Source: an uncultured Gammaproteobacteria bacterium
GTDB lineage: Bacteria > Patescibacteriota > Patescibacteriia > Patescibacteriales > WJLG01
DNA length: 64,000 nucleotides
Assembly (NCBI GenBank): GCA_964547855.1
Contig: CAZJPG010000005.1
Coordinates: forward strand, 3,445 to 67,444
Reading direction: 5' to 3'
The notes under the pieces are model-generated. The model saw nothing but the letters and a program-made list of their open reading frames with translations. It had not been told where the DNA came from and did not search any database. Below, one piece after another: positions 26,926 through 34,798 of this stretch (its first letter is position 1; every line of letters begins with the position of its first letter). The translations under genes were made by a program, and so were the position numbers.

Positions 26926-26973
26926 AAATAAAAGATAGCCGCTTAAATTTAGGCGGCGCAATAGCCAAAACAT

Positions 26974-27519
26974 ATGGCCAAGCAAACTTTGAACCAAGGC
27001 AGAAGATGGTACGTTCTTCACACTTCTTCAGGTTACGAGGAGAACGTGGCTCATAATCTGCGCCAAAGAATCGAAACCATGGATGTCGAAGACCAAATCT
27101 TCAACGTTATGGTTCCAACCGAGAAAAAGATCAAGATCAAGAACGGCAAACGCAAGGTCGTAGAAGAAAAGATCTATCCTGGATACGTATTAGTGGAAAT
27201 GGTCGTGACCGATAAATCCTGGTACGTGGTCCGCAATACTCCGAATGTCACCGGTTTTATCGGCACAGGAACCACCCCAACCCCAGTCTCCGAGGACGAG
27301 ATCAAGGGTCTACAGAAGAGAATGGGTATCGAGGAGCCGAAATTCAAGATCGATTTCTCTGTCGATTCCCCTGTCCGCATCGTTGATGGCCCTTTCAAGA
27401 ACTTGGAAGGCAAGATCACGAATATCGACGAAGAGAAGGGTCGCGTCAAAGTATTGGTCAGTATGTTCGGCCGCGAAACACCAATAGAATTGGATTTCTT
27501 ACAGATCAAGAAAATATAA
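26974..27519 (+). CDS. nusG: transcription termination/antitermination factor NusG
   Basis: RWYVLHTSSGYEENV... NGN domain; C-terminal KOW (VRIVDGPFKNLEGKITNIDEEKGRVKVLVSMFGRETP). Confidence 0.95.
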   Translation: MAKQTLNQGRRWYVLHTSSGYEENVAHNLRQRIETMDVEDQIFNVMVPTEKKIKIKNGKRKVVEEKIYPGYVLVEMVVTDKSWYVVRNTPNVTGFIGTGTTPTPVSEDEIKGLQKRMGIEEPKFKIDFSVDSPVRIVDGPFKNLEGKITNIDEEKGRVKVLVSMFGRETPIELDFLQIKKI

Positions 27520-27573
27520 TAACCAAGTACGAGAGGTACGCTTCTTACCGCTCTACAAAGAAAGAATAATAAT

Positions 27574-28011
27574 ATGGCTAAACCTAAGAAAAAAATATTG
27601 GCGCAAATCAAGCTGCAGATAGCAGCTGGCGCCGCCACCCCTGCTCCACCAGTTGGTCCAGCTTTGGGACAGCACGGCCTGAACATTCAGGAGTTCTGCA
27701 CCAAGTTCAATGACGCTACCAAGGAGATGAGGGGCGATACTTTGCCGGTGATCATCACCGTCTATGAGGGAAGGACCTATGATTTCATAACTAAGAAACC
27801 ACCAGCCTCCTCTCTTATCAAAAAGATCTTAAAACTCCAATCTGGAGCCCACAATGCTAAGACCGAAAAAGTCGCTAGCATCACCCAGGCTCAGCTTGAG
27901 GAGATCGCCAAGATCAAAATGCCAGACCTTAACGCCAATGACATCGAGGCCGCTAAGAAGATCTTAGCTGGAACCGCCAAGCAAATGGGCGTCGAGGTAC
28001 TGAACAAATAA
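27574..28011 (+). CDS. rplK: 50S ribosomal protein L11
   Basis: [35 protein letters not shown] is canonical. Confidence 0.97.
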   Translation: MAKPKKKILAQIKLQIAAGAATPAPPVGPALGQHGLNIQEFCTKFNDATKEMRGDTLPVIITVYEGRTYDFITKKPPASSLIKKILKLQSGAHNAKTEKVASITQAQLEEIAKIKMPDLNANDIEAAKKILAGTAKQMGVEVLNK

Positions 28012-28036
28012 TTTGAACAGTTAATTAAATAATTAA

Positions 28037-28067
28037 GTGGGAGGGTTAAAAAGACCCAGTTGACCAC
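28037..28067 (+). promoter_or_regulatory. possible L1-stalk rRNA mimic upstream of rplA
   Basis: GUGG-GA-GGG-UUAAAAAGA-CCC-AGUUGA-CCAC hairpin 14 nt before ATG 28082. The GGGAGG...GACC...CCAC pattern resembles the 23S H76-78 L1 site as I recall it. Confidence 0.3.
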
Positions 28068-28081
28068 TAAAAACAAATAAC

Positions 28082-28840
28082 ATGTCAGAAGAAATCAAGA
28101 ACGAAGAGGTCGTCGCCGTGGAAGAAAAAGCCACCAAGACACCAAAGAAAGATAAAAAAACCGCTAAGCCAGTCAAGGCAAAAGCTGTTTTAAACTTCGA
28201 CAAGAACAAGACTTACCCGATAGCCGAAGCCATTAAGTTGGCCAAAGAAGCTGGACACGAAAAGTTTGATGCCTCTGTCGAGGTACACTTCAAACTTGGT
28301 ATCGACCCAGCTAAGGGCGATCAGCAAGTTCGCGGAACCGCTTCCTTGCCTCATGGCATCGGTAAAGTCGTCCGCATCGCCGCTTTCGTCGAACCAGCTA
28401 ACGAAGCTGCCGTCAAAGCCGCCGGAGCCGACATTATCTGCAACGAAGAGAAGATCGCCGAGATCAAGAAGACCGAAAAGACTGACTTCGATCTAGCTAT
28501 CGCCGAGCCTTCCATGATGAAAAAGATGGGTATGATCGCTAAGATATTGGGAACTAGAGGCTTAATGCCATCCCCTAAGAATGATACTGTCACCGACGAC
28601 CCAGCTAAGGCCGTCACTGAATTCAAAAAGGGTAAATTAAGCTTCAAGAACGACAATACCGCCAACATCCATTTGATCATCGGAAAAAAGTCTTTCGACG
28701 ATGTTAAATTGACCGAGAACTACCAGGCTATTTTGGAGATCATCAAAAAATCCAAGCCTTCCGCCGCCAAAGGAACTTTCGTCCGCGGCATCACCGTCTG
28801 CACCAGCATGGGAGCGGGTGTCAAAGTCCAAGTCGAATAA
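28082..28840 (+). CDS. rplA: 50S ribosomal protein L1 with a ~35-aa K/E-rich N-terminal extension
   Basis: KTYPIAEAIKLAKE...FDASVEVHFKLGIDP...DQQVRGTASLPHG... is canonical L1 after the extension. Confidence 0.95.
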   Translation: MSEEIKNEEVVAVEEKATKTPKKDKKTAKPVKAKAVLNFDKNKTYPIAEAIKLAKEAGHEKFDASVEVHFKLGIDPAKGDQQVRGTASLPHGIGKVVRIAAFVEPANEAAVKAAGADIICNEEKIAEIKKTEKTDFDLAIAEPSMMKKMGMIAKILGTRGLMPSPKNDTVTDDPAKAVTEFKKGKLSFKNDNTANIHLIIGKKSFDDVKLTENYQAILEIIKKSKPSAAKGTFVRGITVCTSMGAGVKVQVE

Positions 28841-28855
28841 ACACTCTATATAAAC

Positions 28856-28890
28856 AAAAAGCGCTTTTTAAAAAGAGCGCTTTTTGTTTT
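28856..28890 (+). terminator. rho-independent terminator
   Basis: AAAAAGCGC...GCGCTTTTT stem followed by GTTTTT. Confidence 0.7.
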
Positions 28891-28939
28891 TCTTGTGTAA
28901 TGGTATAATGGCAAAAGATAACAAAATAAATCGAAAATT

Positions 28940-29728
28940 ATGAAAAACAAGATTCAAGTCGGAGAGATCATGAGCACCGGCTGGAAACTTACCATTAAAA
29001 ATTTCCTTTACTTTTTAGGATTATTAGTGATTTTGATAGTGCTAAACATAATCATCTCGATCGGCAATGAAATTCTAAGCAAAAATACCGGTTTCATAGT
29101 AGTTTTATTATACAACTTGGCGAGCCAGGTGTTTAACATGATAATAAGCCTTGGCCTGATAAAGATATGTATCGATATGGTCTTTGGTAAAAAAGATCCA
29201 ATAAACACTCTCTTTTCCGTCTATCGCCCAGTCCTAAAATATTTTGTCTCAAGCATACTAAGCGGACTAATAACCGCACTGCCAATTCTATTCGTTCTAG
29301 GGGTTTGGGGTCTGGGTAATATAATCATGAGCCGAACCGGCAGCCAAAGTATGAGTTTAGTGTCTTTCAATGTCATCCTTGGGATCCTTGGTTTAGCCTC
29401 GGTCTGTTACGCCATATACATGGGAACCAGGCTTATGTTTTTCGTCTATTTTATGGTCGACAAGAACACTGGTATAATCGAATCATTAAAGATCAGCTTC
29501 TATGCCACTAAGGGAAATTTTTGGAAACTGGTCGTTCTTCAGTTGGCCCTATTTGGCGCCAACCTCCTTGGTGCCATAGCACTCTTAGTAGGTCTATTCC
29601 TAACCGTGCCCATGTCGATGCTGGCGACTGCCGAAGCCTACAAGCGTTTAAGCTCCGACCCTGCCGAAGAGGCAATACCAGTCTCATCCCCCGCTCCGGT
29701 CAATACCGAGCCTGTACCAGCCGCTTAA
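28940..29728 (+). CDS. hypothetical polytopic membrane protein (262 aa)
   Basis: About six TM helices and a P/A-rich C-terminal tail. -10 TGGTATAAT lies upstream. Confidence 0.7.
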   Translation: MKNKIQVGEIMSTGWKLTIKNFLYFLGLLVILIVLNIIISIGNEILSKNTGFIVVLLYNLASQVFNMIISLGLIKICIDMVFGKKDPINTLFSVYRPVLKYFVSSILSGLITALPILFVLGVWGLGNIIMSRTGSQSMSLVSFNVILGILGLASVCYAIYMGTRLMFFVYFMVDKNTGIIESLKISFYATKGNFWKLVVLQLALFGANLLGAIALLVGLFLTVPMSMLATAEAYKRLSSDPAEEAIPVSSPAPVNTEPVPAA

Positions 29729-29747
29729 CACCTTAGAATTACCTATA

Positions 29748-29780
29748 CCACCCGCTAAATAAGGCGGGTGGTTTTGATTT
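29748..29780 (+). terminator. rho-independent terminator
   Basis: CCACCCGC-TAAATAAG-GCGGGTGG followed by TTTTGATTT. Confidence 0.7.
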
Positions 29781-29860
29781 GCCCACTTGCCGTTATTTTG
29801 ATAGAATTAATTATTCAAGGGGAAATAATTCCCCGTTTTTAATCTTTTGAAACGACTTCT

Positions 29861-30394
29861 ATGGATTTCAAAAACAACCCCAGAAAAAGGAGGCTTTCCT
29901 GGGACGAAATGTTCATGAACTTGGCCGTCATGGCCTCTAAAAGGACTTCGTGCAAATTCCACGAAACAGGCTGCGTCTATGTCGACAAAAACAAACGCAT
30001 CGTTTCAATGGGCTATAATGGACCGACTGAGGGAGACTACCATTGCATAGAAGATGGCTGCGCCAAGGTCGATGGAGATCCCAAGACCAAAGAGCTCAAA
30101 CGTTGCCGCGGCGCCCATGCCGAGATCAATGGCATAATCAATTGCCAAGACACCACTCGTCTGCGCGGAGCCACCATTTATACGGTCCTCTACCCATGCT
30201 ACGACTGCATGAAGGCCTTGAACAATGCCGGAATAAAAGAGATCGTCTACAAAGACACTTATGAAAGGATAAAAACTGGCGGTGAAGGCAAAGAAGAAGA
30301 AGACGAGGCCGGAGAGCTGGCCAAATCCCGAGGAATGATCGTTCGCCGTTATGAGGGCGAGGCTTTTTGTGATTTGGATTGCTCAAAAAAATAA
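29861..30394 (+). CDS. dCMP (deoxycytidylate) deaminase, ComEB family
   Basis: Zinc motifs GAHAEINGI and PCYDCMKAL; W(D/E)E.FM N-terminal signature (SWDEMFMNLA). Confidence 0.88.
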   Translation: MDFKNNPRKRRLSWDEMFMNLAVMASKRTSCKFHETGCVYVDKNKRIVSMGYNGPTEGDYHCIEDGCAKVDGDPKTKELKRCRGAHAEINGIINCQDTTRLRGATIYTVLYPCYDCMKALNNAGIKEIVYKDTYERIKTGGEGKEEEDEAGELAKSRGMIVRRYEGEAFCDLDCSKK

Positions 30395-30483
30395 TGAATA
30401 TTGAACAATGATCTAAAAAACAAAAAATTGTTTTGAAAATATTTTCAAAAACCATAATTCAGTATTCATAATTCAAAAAATTT

Positions 30484-31062
30484 ATGATTTTGGGCATAAA
30501 AGAACTACATAAACTTGTTAAAGAAATAAACTTGGTCGAAGGCCTCTGCGACCGCGAAATGAATAGTCCGGAAGGGGCTGGCTTCGATCTTCGCTTAGGT
30601 GAGATATATGAACTTGAAGGCGATGGTTTTCTGGGGGTCGAGGAAAGAAAGACACCAGATATAAAATTAGTGGCCAAAGCTAAAGCAGCCTGCCCTGCTG
30701 GCGAGGAAATAAGCGGCGTAGCCGATGAAACGGAAGACTCTTTTGTCTTTGAACCAGGCAAGTACTACCTGATCAAAACAATGGAAAAAGTAAACCTCCC
30801 TACCAACGTTTCTGGAATAATCTTTCCACGCACCACTATGTTCCGTTCTGGGTTAGGACTTTTTAATGGCGTAGTTCAGCCAGGATATAAAGGCGAGTTG
30901 ACTTTTGGCGTCTGTAATTTGGGTAAATCCAATATTAAAATATCTTTTGGCGCTCGCGTAGTGCACATAACTTTCCACGAAGTATTAGGCGAAGGAAATC
31001 AATATCGCGGCCAATGGCAAGGAGGGCGCGTTTCGACCAGCGGAACAGAAACGCAGATATAG
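30484..31062 (+). CDS. dCTP deaminase / dUTPase-superfamily protein
   Basis: ...GFDLRLGEIY...PGKYYLIKTMEKVNLP.NVSGIIFPRTTMFRSGL....VVQPGYKGELTFGVCNLG matches the dCTP-deaminase fold pattern. Confidence 0.8.
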   Translation: MILGIKELHKLVKEINLVEGLCDREMNSPEGAGFDLRLGEIYELEGDGFLGVEERKTPDIKLVAKAKAACPAGEEISGVADETEDSFVFEPGKYYLIKTMEKVNLPTNVSGIIFPRTTMFRSGLGLFNGVVQPGYKGELTFGVCNLGKSNIKISFGARVVHITFHEVLGEGNQYRGQWQGGRVSTSGTETQI

Positions 31063-31117
31063 CCATCTAAAGTGAGGAAATAAAAAATTCATTTTTAACT
31101 TTTAATCTCTAATCGCC

Positions 31118-32713
31118 ATGTTGACCACTAAAGATTTCAAAATAAATTTCCTGGGCATCAATCCGATCCTGAAGGACGAGGCTGGGGAATTAAATCCAGA
31201 AAGCATCTGTGCTTTAGGAGCTCTTCTCACCTTCAAAGGGAAATCTGCTGAAAATCTCAAAAAAGAAGCAGAAGAAAAGGGTCAGGACATGGCCAAGAAG
31301 GTTAAAACGATCCTCAAGAACTCATCGTTAAAAGGTCACGCCTCTATGGCCACGACCCCCGTGTTCTCGTTTTCCTATGAAGCATCCAAGATGATAGACT
31401 CTGCCTTAACCGGCATGGTCTTCTCCTCTTCCTTAATGGCTTCAGGTCGCCGCACAGATTCTTCTTATGAGGATATAGTTTATCCTTCATCGATATCAAG
31501 CAACGAAAAAGCCCTGGAAGTATATAAAAAAGCTTCGGAAAAAATACTTGATGTGTTTCACGAATTATTAGATGCTGGCATAGAAAAGGACCAAGCCTCG
31601 AAGATATTGCAGTATGGTGTTTACGGCACCGGCATAATCTCTTACAGTGTCGAATCGTTCAATACTTTAAAACGTGAATACGAAAGAGAGAAGGATTGGA
31701 TGCCGGAAGAAATAGGCTTCTTTATCGAAACGATAGAAAAAGAATTTAAAAAGCTTGGAGTGGACGCCCTCTTTAAATCCCGCTCCTTGGCTCCTCGCAC
31801 CACATATCCATATCCGAATATCTTTAAGAATCCAAAAACTACGAATTTGGCTCGTGAGATCGCCCAAGAAAGATTAGGTTCGGCCGAAAGCGAGATCGTT
31901 TCCATAAATGCATTGGCTACAAAGTCACTAAAAGAAAAAATGGACTCCTTAAGGATGGATCTGGAAGAGATCTATTCCGACAAAGCGAATCTTCTCAAGA
32001 ACTGGATGAAAACCATGGAAAAAAGAGCTGAAATCACTCGCGACTACCAGAACGCTCTGGATATAAAAATGATATCTCGCCTCTCTTGGCGCGTTTGGGG
32101 AGAAAGAAAGCGTCATCGCACCATGCCAATGACAGTAGATTCGATTTATTATGCCACTAAAAGGGCTTGTGATGTTTGGCAGGGATTGGCGACCAAGATT
32201 AAAAACGGCTCTTTAACCAAAGAAGAGGTTAAAAAACTCGACTTAGCCCTTAACATCCCTACTGCCATAGCCGCTGACGACGAGTTGTTAAAAAAATACA
32301 CTCAAGCAGTACTGACCTCAATTGAGGCTTACTCTGAAATGATCGAACTCGGCATCCCAGAACGAGACACCATTTTTGTCATTCCGAGAGCTGTTAGAAT
32401 AGAGGTCTTACAAGACGTCAATTTCCATAATTTGATCGCCGGATATTTTCCTTTGCGCCTCTGCAGTACGGCCGACGAACAGTTGCGCCGCGTCACCAGA
32501 GATGAAGCCGTCAAAATCAGGCAAAAGCTTGAGGATATGGACCTAGGTTGGTTAAATTGGCATATCGAACCAAAATGCTACAATACCGGATTCTGTCCAG
32601 AAAAAAGCTCTTGCTGGATAATCAAAAAGGCCGTCAAATTCTATGACGATAATTTCCACGAAGAAGTAAAGAATGATCTGGAAGGCATATTCGAAAAGGA
32701 ACTCGAAAAATAG
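31118..32713 (+). CDS. long (tandem, pseudo-dimeric) ThyX-like flavin-dependent thymidylate synthase homologue
   Basis: Two Thy1-like halves. Half 1 has KGHASMATTP and S-x4-S-G-R but no RHR. Half 2 has RKRHRTMPMTVDS and R..C.TADEQLR (compare R....AQ.EIR). The ThyX motif RHRxxSxxxxSxR is therefore split and degenerate. Confidence 0.65.
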   Translation: MLTTKDFKINFLGINPILKDEAGELNPESICALGALLTFKGKSAENLKKEAEEKGQDMAKKVKTILKNSSLKGHASMATTPVFSFSYEASKMIDSALTGMVFSSSLMASGRRTDSSYEDIVYPSSISSNEKALEVYKKASEKILDVFHELLDAGIEKDQASKILQYGVYGTGIISYSVESFNTLKREYEREKDWMPEEIGFFIETIEKEFKKLGVDALFKSRSLAPRTTYPYPNIFKNPKTTNLAREIAQERLGSAESEIVSINALATKSLKEKMDSLRMDLEEIYSDKANLLKNWMKTMEKRAEITRDYQNALDIKMISRLSWRVWGERKRHRTMPMTVDSIYYATKRACDVWQGLATKIKNGSLTKEEVKKLDLALNIPTAIAADDELLKKYTQAVLTSIEAYSEMIELGIPERDTIFVIPRAVRIEVLQDVNFHNLIAGYFPLRLCSTADEQLRRVTRDEAVKIRQKLEDMDLGWLNWHIEPKCYNTGFCPEKSSCWIIKKAVKFYDDNFHEEVKNDLEGIFEKELEK

Positions 32714-32735
32714 CCGCATTCGATAAAAAACAAAA

Positions 32736-32766
32736 TCGCCCCAAAGATCGGGCGCTTTTGTTTTTC
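32736..32766 (+). terminator. rho-independent terminator
   Basis: CGCCC-CAAAGAT-CGGGCG followed by CTTTTGTTTTT. Confidence 0.55.
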
Positions 32767-32871
32767 CTGAAAATATTTTAGCCGTTTAATTTTGACATAA
32801 TCCAGCTAATAGTTAATAATATTTAATTGGCAAAAACATAATTTAATTATTTATTTTTCATTTTCAAACAA

Positions 32872-33429
32872 ATGTCTGACAAGATCATCTTCGGCGTGAC
32901 CGGCGAAATGGCCTCTGGAAAAGGGGTCGTCGCCAAATACCTGGCTGAAAAACACGGCGCTAGAACCTATAAGTATTCAACACTACTACGAGAATTGCTT
33001 GATACCGCTGACATCGAAAAATCCCGCAAAAACCTAACTGTACTGGGAACAAAAGTCCGCGAGATGTTTGGACGATATGCGATGACCGATGTCTTGATCT
33101 GGCGCGTTCTAAACTCAGAAGAGAGAATAATCGTCGTCGAGGGCATTCGCCACAAAGACGAAGTCGAGGCCTGGAAAAGATTAAAGAACTTCGTTTTAGT
33201 AGCCGTAGAGGCTGATGCTAAAATTCGCTATGACCGACTTGTGGCTCGTAATGAAAACAGTGGTGACGGTACAAAATCCTTCGAAGAATTCGCCCATGAC
33301 TCCGAGGCTGGCACGGAAGTTGAGATCGTCGAGACTATCGCCGCCGCCGATGAACATATTAAAAACGAAACCACTCTAGAGGACTTTTTGTCTCAAATCG
33401 ATGCTTTGGTAGAAAAATATTCTAAATAA
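32872..33429 (+). CDS. P-loop nucleotide kinase (dephospho-CoA-kinase-like / UPF0200-like NMP kinase)
   Basis: Walker A GVTGEMASGKG; size and layout resemble the small (d)NMP kinases. Confidence 0.65.
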   Translation: MSDKIIFGVTGEMASGKGVVAKYLAEKHGARTYKYSTLLRELLDTADIEKSRKNLTVLGTKVREMFGRYAMTDVLIWRVLNSEERIIVVEGIRHKDEVEAWKRLKNFVLVAVEADAKIRYDRLVARNENSGDGTKSFEEFAHDSEAGTEVEIVETIAAADEHIKNETTLEDFLSQIDALVEKYSK

Positions 33430-33435
33430 AAACAT

Positions 33436-33987
33436 ATGCCAAAGATATATGCCGTAGTTGGGATGTGCGGCTCTGGAAAAAGCACTGTCGTCGATTATTT
33501 GAAGAAAAAATACGACTGGCCAACGATATATCTCGGAGCCATAACCTTCGATTGGATGAAAGAACGCGGCATAGAGGTTAACTATGAAAACGAAAAACAC
33601 GCCCGCGAACAGATCCGTCGCGAGAACGGTGGTCTTGGCGCCTATGCCCTCCTCTCCTTGCCAAAAGTAGAAGAATCCTTAAAAGACAACGACACGATCA
33701 TAATAGAAAGTCTCTACAGTTGGAGTGAGTATAAAATATTCAAAGAAAAATACGGGGATGATTTTAAAGTCATCGCCCCGATCGCCCCGCCGGCTGAAAG
33801 ATTTAAAAGATTGACCAGTAGAAAGAACGATCGTCCGATGAATTCCTGGGAAGAATTCCAAAGGCGCGATTATTCAGAGATAGAGAACATAGAAAAAGGA
33901 GGGCCGATAACTATGGCCGACTACCCAATACTCAACAATGGCGACATGAACGACCTTGGCTCTAAAATAGACGCTTTAAATCTGTAA
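33436..33987 (+). CDS. P-loop nucleotide kinase, paralogue of the preceding gene (UPF0200-like)
   Basis: Walker A VVGMCGSGKST, ...IIIESLYSWSEYKIFKE..., ...RL..R.NDRP....EF..RD..E. Confidence 0.7.
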   Translation: MPKIYAVVGMCGSGKSTVVDYLKKKYDWPTIYLGAITFDWMKERGIEVNYENEKHAREQIRRENGGLGAYALLSLPKVEESLKDNDTIIIESLYSWSEYKIFKEKYGDDFKVIAPIAPPAERFKRLTSRKNDRPMNSWEEFQRRDYSEIENIEKGGPITMADYPILNNGDMNDLGSKIDALNL

Positions 33988-33995
33988 AATTGACA

Positions 33996-34023
33996 ATACC
34001 ACCTTGCCGGTGGTATTTTTTTT
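33996..34023 (+). terminator. rho-independent terminator
   Basis: ATACCACC-TTGCC-GGTGGTAT followed by TTTTTTT. Confidence 0.7.
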
Positions 34024-34044
34024 ACAAAGCAAAGGAGGTGGCAA

Positions 34045-34200
34045 ATGAATGCCAAGAGAATTATTATAACTCTAGCCTTACTAGTCTTGCTATTAGGCAT
34101 AATAGCATGTTTGGCTAACTGGCTCTTTAACAGCGACGCCATCACCGTCTTCCTACGCGAAGCATATAGATCGCTCCGCTACTTCTCCAAAATACCCTAG
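34045..34200 (+). CDS. unlisted small membrane protein (51 aa)
   Basis: Perfect SD AAGGAGG 7 nt upstream of the ATG. MNAKRIIITLALLVLLLGIIACLANWLFNSDAITVFLREAYRSLRYFSKIP*. A terminator follows. Confidence 0.45.
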   Translation: MNAKRIIITLALLVLLLGIIACLANWLFNSDAITVFLREAYRSLRYFSKIP

Positions 34201-34224
34201 AACGATCGACTCAAGAGATCGATA

Positions 34225-34255
34225 GCGCACCTTTTTACGAAGGCGCGCTTTTTTT
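34225..34255 (+). terminator. terminator after the small ORF
   Basis: GCGC-A-CCTT ... AAGG-C-GCGC followed by TTTTTTT. Confidence 0.55.
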
Positions 34256-34289
34256 AAAAAAAAGACCGGAGCACCTTTGTGAACCGGTC
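34256..34289 (-). terminator. terminator of the minus-strand small basic protein gene
   Basis: On the minus strand: GACCGG-N14-CCGGTC followed by TTTTTTTT. Confidence 0.5.
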
Positions 34290-34320
34290 ATGCGTCGCTC
34301 AAATAAAATAGAGCGAAAAT

Positions 34321-34611
34321 TTATTTCTTTGATTGTCTTTTTTTCTTACCAGCCAATTTATTGACCTCATCAAGAGTGAGTCTTTCCGGGTAACAATGGT
34401 GATGCTTCCCAAAGCCAAGATACTCAACGTCATTATATCGACACTTGGGGTTTCTGGAATTACTCTTTTCGGTATATTCCATAACCCTATCATCCTCAAG
34501 GCGACAAAAATTTCTCTTGAAAATACCATTACTGGTAACGGCTCCGCGAGCTTTGAAGGCCCACTGTTTTCTTGAAAAGAAAAAGTATTCTTTTTCTCCT
34601 TTTTCCTTCAT
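34321..34611 (-). CDS. hypothetical small basic Cys/His-containing protein (about 96 aa from ATG 34611; the track ORF extends to TTG 34686)
   Basis: K/R-rich, ...FCRL...KCRY...GKHHHCYPE... suggests metal binding. Weak SD. Has its own terminator. Confidence 0.4.
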   Translation of the reverse strand: MKEKGEKEYFFFSRKQWAFKARGAVTSNGIFKRNFCRLEDDRVMEYTEKSNSRNPKCRYNDVEYLGFGKHHHCYPERLTLDEVNKLAGKKKRQSKK

Positions 34612-34798
34612 AAAAAACCTACGTTTTCGATTAGAAATGAATAAGAACTTGGGTTTTACCCTATCACTTTTTATTATTATTGTCAATAGATGAGGTGGTT
34701 TTACTGCTTGATTTTTACACCTCGACGCGCTAAAATTGAATAGCAGGTAGAATTTCCCTTATTTTTCTTTTTTATATTTTATTTTTTATACGAATATT

